NCBI GenBank assembly: GCA_965116885.1
Contig: OZ220741.1
Span: forward strand, 2,624,001 to 2,688,000
Length of the DNA: 64,000 nucleotides
Direction of reading: 5' to 3'
Source: Candidatus Latescibacterota bacterium
GTDB lineage: Bacteria > Latescibacterota > UBA2968
The first letter of the stretch is position 1; every line of letters begins with the position of its first letter. Positions 57,952 to 64,000 of this stretch are shown here, in pieces. The notes under the pieces are model-generated. The model saw nothing but the letters and a program-made list of their open reading frames with translations. It was not told the origin of the DNA and made no database searches. The position numbers were made by a program, and so were the translations under genes.

Positions 57952-58662
57952 ATGAGCATCTTTCAACGTCTCTTCAGTGTGGGCAAGGCCGAAGTCCATT
58001 CGACTATTGACAAATTTGAAGATCCGATAAAAATGACCGAACAGGGTATCCGCGACCTGAAAAATGACCTCAATAGCGCGATGACCAGCCTGGCTGAGGT
58101 CAAAGGTCAGGCCATTCGATTGCGAAAGCAAGCTGAAGACAATAAGAAGGCGTCTGCTGACTGGGAGCGTAAGGCCATGGTTTTGCTCCAAAAAGCCCAG
58201 AGCGGTGAGTTGGATGCTGGAGAAGCCGACCGGTTGGCAACCGAAGCCCTTAGTCGCAAATCAGAGGCCGATGACCGCATTTCTCAGTTTGAGCAGGATG
58301 CCGAGATGCAGGAAGATATGGCCACTAAGCTTCAAAGTCAGGTGGAGAAACTCAAATCTACCATTGCAACACACGAAAATGAACTCATTTCACTGCGCGC
58401 GCGGGCAAAAACAGCCGCTGCGACGAAGAAAATCAACAAGCAACTCGCCAAAGTCGATTCGTCTGGTACAATTGCCATGCTCGAGCGTATGAAAGAACGG
58501 GTTGAAGAAGATGAATCGCTCTCGCAGGCTTATGGCGAAATAGCCGGTGAATCCAAGAGCGTTGATGAGGAGATTGATGCGGCACTGAGTACTTCATCGA
58601 GCGGCACAGATCAACGCCTTGCTGAACTCAAGGCAAAGATGGGGATGACTTCGAAAGACTGA
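57952..58662 (+). CDS. pspA: PspA/IM30-family protein
   Basis: MSIFQRL amphipathic start, EDPIKM.EQ.IRD, long coiled coils, LAELKAKM C-terminus. Confidence 0.9.
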   Translation: MSIFQRLFSVGKAEVHSTIDKFEDPIKMTEQGIRDLKNDLNSAMTSLAEVKGQAIRLRKQAEDNKKASADWERKAMVLLQKAQSGELDAGEADRLATEALSRKSEADDRISQFEQDAEMQEDMATKLQSQVEKLKSTIATHENELISLRARAKTAAATKKINKQLAKVDSSGTIAMLERMKERVEEDESLSQAYGEIAGESKSVDEEIDAALSTSSSGTDQRLAELKAKMGMTSKD

Positions 58663-58742
58663 CGCTGGGTGTGCCTGTAGGGGAGACGCTCGCGCACCCG
58701 TTCTATCTGTCGCAGAAGGTTCATGGGTTGCATGGAGAGAAA

Positions 58743-59300
58743 ATGAATTGGAATCCTTTTAAGAAAAAGAAAGAAGAACCCGAAGCTCTCGATCCCCTCA
58801 GTGTTACGCTGTCCGATCTCAAGCTGGGTTATGTCCTCGACTACGATCTCAAAACATGGCAGGTTACAGCACAGCATTATTACGATTACGAAGGTGATCG
58901 CGCGGATGAATGGGAACTTACCTGCGGCGATGATGTGGCATTTCTCGAGCGGTCAGAAGACGATAGTATCTCCTGGGCCTTGACGCGCAAGATCCCCCTT
59001 TCCGATATTGAGGGCGATGTCCGCGGGCATATGCGCGACCACGACAATGATGATCCTCCCGATGAAGTTAGATGCCATGGGATTATGTTCTATGGCGTAT
59101 CGTCAGCCGTTGGATCTTTTTACAAAGATGGCGGGGACGAGGGACAGAAGTTTATCATCTGGAATTATCTCGACGAGTCGGAGAAACACACCCTATCTAT
59201 CGAGCAATGGGACGAAGACGCTTTTGATGCTGCGGTGGGTGAGGTTGTCGAAGAATATCAATTTAGCAATATCCTGCCGTCAGTAGCCAGTAGTCAGTAG
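58743..59300 (+). CDS. DUF4178-like protein
   Basis: LSDLKLGY..W.V..EWEL..FL..W; WNYLD..LSIEQW; follows pspA as in known DUF4178 operons. Confidence 0.7.
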   Translation: MNWNPFKKKKEEPEALDPLSVTLSDLKLGYVLDYDLKTWQVTAQHYYDYEGDRADEWELTCGDDVAFLERSEDDSISWALTRKIPLSDIEGDVRGHMRDHDNDDPPDEVRCHGIMFYGVSSAVGSFYKDGGDEGQKFIIWNYLDESEKHTLSIEQWDEDAFDAAVGEVVEEYQFSNILPSVASSQ

Positions 59301-59388
59301 TCAGTTGCTGGCCCGCTTAACCGCCCCAAGCTATTAGCGGTCAGCCAGCCTCTTGCCTCTCATCTGCGTCCATCTGCGTCCATCTGCG
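59281..59388. repeat. Composite short-tandem-repeat tract between convergent genes
   Basis: (CAGTAGY)x3-4, CCGCTTAACCGCC, GCCAGCCTC, (CATCTGCGTC)x2.8. Confidence 0.85.
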
Positions 59389-59404
59389 GATACTTTTCTC
59401 GTCT

Positions 59405-60931
59405 TTACTCAAACCCCCATTCTGATTTCCGATAGTAGCGATCCACTGTCGGCTCCATTTCTGTGCTGACTTCGATTGCGTGTTTTTCATCGAACATGCC
59501 CTTCCAGAAGTGCAACATGCCCCGCATTGCTTCTGCATTCAAAAATTGCGTTTCAATATTCTCAAAGGTGAGTTGTTGCGTTCGTTGAACGAGGTCCATT
59601 TCTTCGGTTTTCATTCCCAATACCCATCCCCAATCTCCCATCGTTGGTATATAGGTGTGATAGGGGATTGTCGAAAAGCCAGCGTCTGTCATCGTGCGCT
59701 CAATGCACAGAAAAGCGAGGCGCGCGTTGAGAGGACTCGACGCCTGGGTTACCAGTACGCCGTCGGGTGTTAAGTGACGCGCGCAGAGGCGATAGAATTC
59801 CCGCGAATACAATCTGGCGAGGTCCGGTCCTTTGGGGTCGGGCAAGTCGATGATGATGATGTTGAATAACGCTTCTGAATGCGCCAAAAATGCGCCCGCA
59901 TCCCCGATTACTACGTTGACACGCGGGTCGTCCAGTGCCCGTGTATTCGCTTCCACAAAGACCGGGTGTGTGCGCGCCAGATCGATTATCGCTTTGTCCA
60001 AATCTACCAGGGTAATCGCTTGTACATCTGCATATTTTATTACTTCTCGCACAGCGAGTCCATCCCCCCCGCCTAAGATGAGTACGTTGTTCCGCGATCC
60101 CGATAGTTTCATGGCCGGATGTACCAGTGATTCGTGATAGCGTTCTTCGTCATAGGTGCTGAATTGCACGTTGCCATTTAAGTGCAGCCAGTGGTGGCCT
60201 TTCCATTCTGTTATGACAATGCGTTGATAAGCGGTCTGGTCTTGATAGACTACGCGGTCGCGATACCGACTTTGCTCGCCCCATATTACAATGGGACGGA
60301 TATAAAGCCCCAGTACCAGAAGGCCCGCGCCCAGGGTCCAGAATGCCGTCAATAACAGCCAGCGACGCGCCAATAAGTGCCGATATTGCCACAGCAATAC
60401 CGATGCTACGATAAAGTTAATCGCGGCCAACGCCAGCGGTGTGTACGTCAGGCCCAATTCTGGCAATAAAAAAAAGGCGAACAATAGTCCGCCGATCAAG
60501 GCGCCAAAATAGTCTTTTTCCATCACTGAAGCGATGTTGGTGCGCAGGTCCTGATATGCTTCGTTCATGCGCGCGACCAGCGGAATTTCCATGCCGATGA
60601 GCACGCCGATTGCAAAAGCATAGCTATAGATGAAAACACCTGCCGATAACGCGAGTACCGATCCAAAATACGCCACAACCGCACAGGTGGCGCACAGGAC
60701 CGAGAGATAAAATTCGATTGCGATAAAGCGATCCAGCAACCTGTCCGTCAACAATCGGCTCCATCGGCTGCCCAATCCCATGGCAAATAACATCAACGAC
60801 ATGAGCACGGCCCACTGCAATGTCGTGTTGCCCAATAGATAGCTCGCCAGCGTTGACAATGTAAATTCCGCCACAATGCCGGCACATCCCGTGGCGAATA
60901 TACAGGCTTTTAAGAGATAGCTCTGTCGCAT
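59405..60931 (-). CDS. speE: Membrane-anchored polyamine aminopropyltransferase (spermidine synthase-like)
   Basis: N-terminal multi-TM domain (GMEIPL..DYFGAL.GG); YQRI, YHESLVHP, LILGGGDG, LVDLD, IIDLPDP. Confidence 0.85.
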   Translation of the reverse strand: MRQSYLLKACIFATGCAGIVAEFTLSTLASYLLGNTTLQWAVLMSLMLFAMGLGSRWSRLLTDRLLDRFIAIEFYLSVLCATCAVVAYFGSVLALSAGVFIYSYAFAIGVLIGMEIPLVARMNEAYQDLRTNIASVMEKDYFGALIGGLLFAFFLLPELGLTYTPLALAAINFIVASVLLWQYRHLLARRWLLLTAFWTLGAGLLVLGLYIRPIVIWGEQSRYRDRVVYQDQTAYQRIVITEWKGHHWLHLNGNVQFSTYDEERYHESLVHPAMKLSGSRNNVLILGGGDGLAVREVIKYADVQAITLVDLDKAIIDLARTHPVFVEANTRALDDPRVNVVIGDAGAFLAHSEALFNIIIIDLPDPKGPDLARLYSREFYRLCARHLTPDGVLVTQASSPLNARLAFLCIERTMTDAGFSTIPYHTYIPTMGDWGWVLGMKTEEMDLVQRTQQLTFENIETQFLNAEAMRGMLHFWKGMFDEKHAIEVSTEMEPTVDRYYRKSEWGFE

Positions 60932-60935
60932 ACTA

Positions 60936-60979
60936 AAATAATAAAACAACTCGGAGGGCTATAAACACCCGCCGAGTTG
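60936..60979 (-). terminator. Terminator-like hairpin after the aspartic protease gene
   Basis: CAACTCGG...CCGAGTTG stem followed by TTTTATTATTTT on the minus strand. Confidence 0.5.
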
Positions 60980-60995
60980 GAAAGAGTTAATCGGG

Positions 60996-61379
60996 TTAGC
61001 GCAAGGAAATATCACCTTGCAGAAAGTCAATTATTAAAATTTGTCCACGTAGAAAATCCAGGCCCAAAAGCCCATCAACACTCGCACTCGGTGGCAGTGT
61101 ATGAGCAAGTACAGGGAAATTATCTCGTGTCTGCCCCAATGCTTGAAATCGGGTGACCAATAAACGCGGTGTGTATTCAACACCACTTCCCGTCGTGACT
61201 TGAACGCGATCAGGTGCTAATGAGGGATCGTATCCAATTGTTGTTAGTGGTGCGACATTAATCATCGTTCCTGTCGCACCAGTATCCAATGCGAGACGCA
61301 AAACAATACTGCCTGAAGGCCCGAAAACCTCAGCCTGAATAACGATAAGGCCGCGCAAAGGATTAAATATATCATTCAT
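60996..61379 (-). CDS. Clan AA (retropepsin-like) aspartic protease
   Basis: LDTGA catalytic motif and GLLGLDFL psi-loop motif in 127 aa. Confidence 0.85.
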   Translation of the reverse strand: MNDIFNPLRGLIVIQAEVFGPSGSIVLRLALDTGATGTMINVAPLTTIGYDPSLAPDRVQVTTGSGVEYTPRLLVTRFQALGQTRDNFPVLAHTLPPSASVDGLLGLDFLRGQILIIDFLQGDISLR

Positions 61380-61603
61380 AGTACGACCGCAGTATCTTCT
61401 GGGATTTCACCAGTATAGACAATTGCAGATCGTTTAGGTCGCAAAGCTACTGCTTTCCGATAAACTTCGTCCCGGTCCTTGCTATGGTGAAGAATTTTAC
61501 CTTTTAAGACCTCAAGCGTATCATTTGTTTGAGGATTCTCGACCAGTACCCATTCCGACTCAAATTGTGCCCTCATTTCTTCGACTGTCATGATGTTATC
61601 CAT
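61376..61603 (-). CDS. Small DUF5678-like protein
   Basis: F..EWVLV..G.ILHHSKDRDEVY..YTG; AAGGAG RBS; ATGA overlap with the protease. Confidence 0.7.
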   Translation of the reverse strand: MDNIMTVEEMRAQFESEWVLVENPQTNDTLEVLKGKILHHSKDRDEVYRKAVALRPKRSAIVYTGEIPEDTAVVL

Positions 61604-61706
61604 CTTTGCTCTCCTTTTAGTCGAATGTATCGGTAGCCTCATTCTACCAAATTTCGCGCACTGGAATTTTCTTTAATTCCCCAAAGTTATTCATTTCTGT
61701 CCTTTT

Positions 61707-62552
61707 TCACAAACTCCACACAATCAGGAACGATGCGCCGATATAAGATGTGGCTTCGATGAAGCCCGCGGCCAGGTTGGGGTGTTCTTGATTGGCGATT
61801 TCATCGGTCAGTTTTTGTCCGGGTAAGAGGATTACGTCGGAGATGAGTCGAACGATGGGTAGCAAGATCAATCCCGCGACGACTTCGATTGCAAAGTCCT
61901 GTAGATTTACAGCCCAGGAAATAAAATTGCCCGCCGATGCGTGAAACACGATGACGCCAATACCGACCAGTGCGCCTGCAAAAGCGACGCCTGCGGCGAC
62001 GTTGTCTTTTTCGATTTCATCGTGTATGCTATACGGGGTAATCCATTCGTACATCAGTCCGGCCAATACCAGGGCGAGTTGGCCCAATGCCCAGAAAATC
62101 ACGGTTGTCACAATTCCGCCAATCTCACCCGATACGGCGCCAAAGATTACCAGTCCCGTTGCGATATACGACGCGGCGACCACAACACCCGTACCCGCGT
62201 TTTGATCGTCGATCAATTCATCCCGAACTTTGAATCCGTGTAAGATCAATCCGTCATTGACCAGACGAGACAGATTGAGCAAGATGATCGCCAGCAATCC
62301 GTATATGCCGATGTCGATCAAATCGTTTTCCAATCCCTGCGATGGCCCAGATAGGGTGCCGCCGATGGCCATGATCAATCCGAAGAAATATCCCGCCATG
62401 GCCACACCCAGTGCGACGTTGTCTTTTTCTACGAGTTCTTCCCGCACGCTGTAACTCGTTGTCGTCAAGTCTTTGACCAATTTGCCGATCCAGAATAATA
62501 CAAACGCGCTGATGAGATAAATACCCGTTGCAATCAAATCTTGTAAAATCAT
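61707..62552 (-). CDS. DUF350 membrane protein (tandem repeats)
   Basis: Four repeats: EELVEKDNVALG, DELIDDQNAGTG, DEIEKDNVAAG, DEIANQEHPNLAAG. Confidence 0.85.
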   Translation of the reverse strand: MILQDLIATGIYLISAFVLFWIGKLVKDLTTTSYSVREELVEKDNVALGVAMAGYFFGLIMAIGGTLSGPSQGLENDLIDIGIYGLLAIILLNLSRLVNDGLILHGFKVRDELIDDQNAGTGVVVAASYIATGLVIFGAVSGEIGGIVTTVIFWALGQLALVLAGLMYEWITPYSIHDEIEKDNVAAGVAFAGALVGIGVIVFHASAGNFISWAVNLQDFAIEVVAGLILLPIVRLISDVILLPGQKLTDEIANQEHPNLAAGFIEATSYIGASFLIVWSL

Positions 62553-63280
62553 TTTCCAAATCCTCCAAAGCTGCGGCTGCCAAATCCTGATCGGCTGCGA
62601 CTTGTTGAACGCGAGCTTCCAAAGCCGGTCCGACTCTGGCTCGTGCGACTTTGCACTTTTTGTGCGAATGATTGTCTTTTTTGCGCTATGTTTGCCTGGC
62701 GCCGCTGGAATGTCGTTGGTTTTTGTTTTTGCGTGACAGATCCCTGCGTGCCATACTCCCGATTGCGCCCGTAATACGGACGTTGATCTCGGCGATAAGA
62801 CCGATAATCGTCGTAGTCGTAGCGACTCATGCCAAATCCGCCGCCCCAACCGAGCAAATGACTCATGAGCGCGTATTGGCCGTAGAATTCCCAGAACGAT
62901 GTGCCTCCGCGATCCGTCCAACGCCCGTAGCTCGAATTGCCCACATAGTGGTATCCGGGGGGATGTGGCGTGTTGTTGACGCCATCTTGCTCAGATTTGG
63001 CAACGAGTGCCATTCCCAAAAACGGTTCGTATTTTCGATAGATGGATTCCGATACTTCTATCCAGTCCGATTGTACCTGTTTTTCGCCCTGTGTTATTAA
63101 ATACCGGTGATAATACGTGGTGAAAAGAGAGCCTTCTTCGCGCATGTCATCCAGTACAATCATATATGCCGGTGCCGAGGCCAGCGATTTTTGCATTTCG
63201 ACGACGGGATCGCGTTCGCCGCCGCATCCGGACAACAACAATAGGCCGACCAGCAAGATCGGCAATCGTTCTCGTGTCAT
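62549..63280 (-). CDS. Lipoprotein with Gly/Ser/Arg-rich tail
   Basis: Lipobox LSGC; PPGYHYVGN..YG.W..SFWEFYGQYA; SRSRSGFG tail; GGAGG RBS; ATGA overlap with DUF350. Confidence 0.8.
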   Translation of the reverse strand: MTRERLPILLVGLLLLSGCGGERDPVVEMQKSLASAPAYMIVLDDMREEGSLFTTYYHRYLITQGEKQVQSDWIEVSESIYRKYEPFLGMALVAKSEQDGVNNTPHPPGYHYVGNSSYGRWTDRGGTSFWEFYGQYALMSHLLGWGGGFGMSRYDYDDYRSYRRDQRPYYGRNREYGTQGSVTQKQKPTTFQRRQANIAQKRQSFAQKVQSRTSQSRTGFGSSRSTSRSRSGFGSRSFGGFGK

Positions 63281-63325
63281 AATTTCCTCCAAAAAAGATA
63301 TTCACATCGCTTTTGTGAACTTTAC

Positions 63326-63766
63326 TTATTCGACATCAGAATCTTCTCCATCTACTTCCGACTTGATTTGCTGATCTTCAAAACCCCAAAAATCCGATGG
63401 TTTCAGAATCGGGATATTTTCAAAATATTCGAGATCAAGTAAGTCTTTGTCACCAGAGATCAAACAGTCTGCCTGTGCTTGTTTCACACTTAAAAGCACA
63501 TGATTATCATCTTCATCCCGGGATACGGATGGCAGCGTTCCTTCTAATTGGAAGTGTTCACTAATTTCCAGTATCCAAGATTCGACTTCTCGAATACGGT
63601 CTGGCGTGTATTGAAATCGAGTTGCGAGTTTCTCTGTAACTTCGTCTAAAATCCAGTCAGATATCACTAATTGATGTGTACTTAGACAATAATCAATAAG
63701 TTCAGCACAAGCGCCTCGTGTGATTAATCCAGCGATCCAGACATTGGTATCCAGCAAAATTCTCAA
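63326..63766 (-). CDS. PIN-domain putative toxin
   Basis: ILLDTNV, E, RDEDDN, LISGDKDLL acidic PIN motifs. Confidence 0.9.
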   Translation of the reverse strand: MRILLDTNVWIAGLITRGACAELIDYCLSTHQLVISDWILDEVTEKLATRFQYTPDRIREVESWILEISEHFQLEGTLPSVSRDEDDNHVLLSVKQAQADCLISGDKDLLDLEYFENIPILKPSDFWGFEDQQIKSEVDGEDSDVE

Positions 63767-63981
63767 GAAATTCTCCTAAATACATCTTCATCTGTATAAA
63801 CGCCCTGAGCTTGTGCCTGAGGAATCATTACGCGCCTGAGTCGCTGAAATTCTTCTCTTTGAAGATATTGTCGGAGAGCTTCGCTCACCACTTCGTTGCG
63901 AGTGATCTGGGCAGTCTCAACCATCTGGTCCAATCGTGTACGCAACGAACCAGGTAAACTAATCTGAATCGTATCTTTCAT
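63763..63981 (-). CDS. Ribbon-helix-helix/CopG-type putative antitoxin
   Basis: IQISLP..LD..TRNEVVSEALRQYL; GGAGG RBS; overlaps the PIN start. Confidence 0.85.
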   Translation of the reverse strand: MKDTIQISLPGSLRTRLDQMVETAQITRNEVVSEALRQYLQREEFQRLRRVMIPQAQAQGVYTDEDVFRRIS

Positions 63982-64000
63982 AACGTCCTCCTTTGTCTTT

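Noticed and set aside
59281..59388. Repeat tracts as a CRISPR array
   Set aside because: Units are 7-10 nt with no unique spacers and no cas genes nearby
62553..62921. Extension of the DUF350 ORF to 404 aa
   Set aside because: Overlaps the lipoprotein gene; ATGA coupling marks the real start at 62552

Overview
A 64-kb stretch of bacterial chromosome, mostly housekeeping genes with scattered accessory modules. Gene content (sulfatases, UPF0182, yggS-yggT-divIVA-dksA-lspA-rluD run, short tandem repeats at gene ends) suggests an FCB-superphylum-related lineage such as Latescibacterota/Gemmatimonadota; this is inference only. In order: a truncated ABC ATPase; a SUF Fe-S operon (sufB-C-D-S-U, DUF59, Rrf2 regulator, nfuA); a stand-alone PqqD/RRE gene pair; lexA with a clear sigma70 promoter and candidate SOS box; dprA; sulfatase and MFS; KamA radical SAM; UPF0182-murQ; an atypical ClpX-like ATPase divergent from an NFACT/RqcH gene; folD preceded by a clear ZMP/ZTP riboswitch; an orphan beta-RFAP synthase-like gene next to an NCS2 permease with a degenerate anti-sigma (HATPase_c_2-like) tail; a partner-switching signalling operon (STAS, receiver-PP2C, anti-sigma kinase, periplasmic binding protein, TorS-like histidine kinase, ammonium transporter) with structured non-coding segments; PPK2; recJ; and a PspA/DUF4178/DUF350/spermidine-synthase system split into two convergent halves with toxin-antitoxin-like insertions. 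No CRISPR array, tRNA, rRNA, transposase or integrase was recognised. All calls come from reading motifs by eye; no searches were run.
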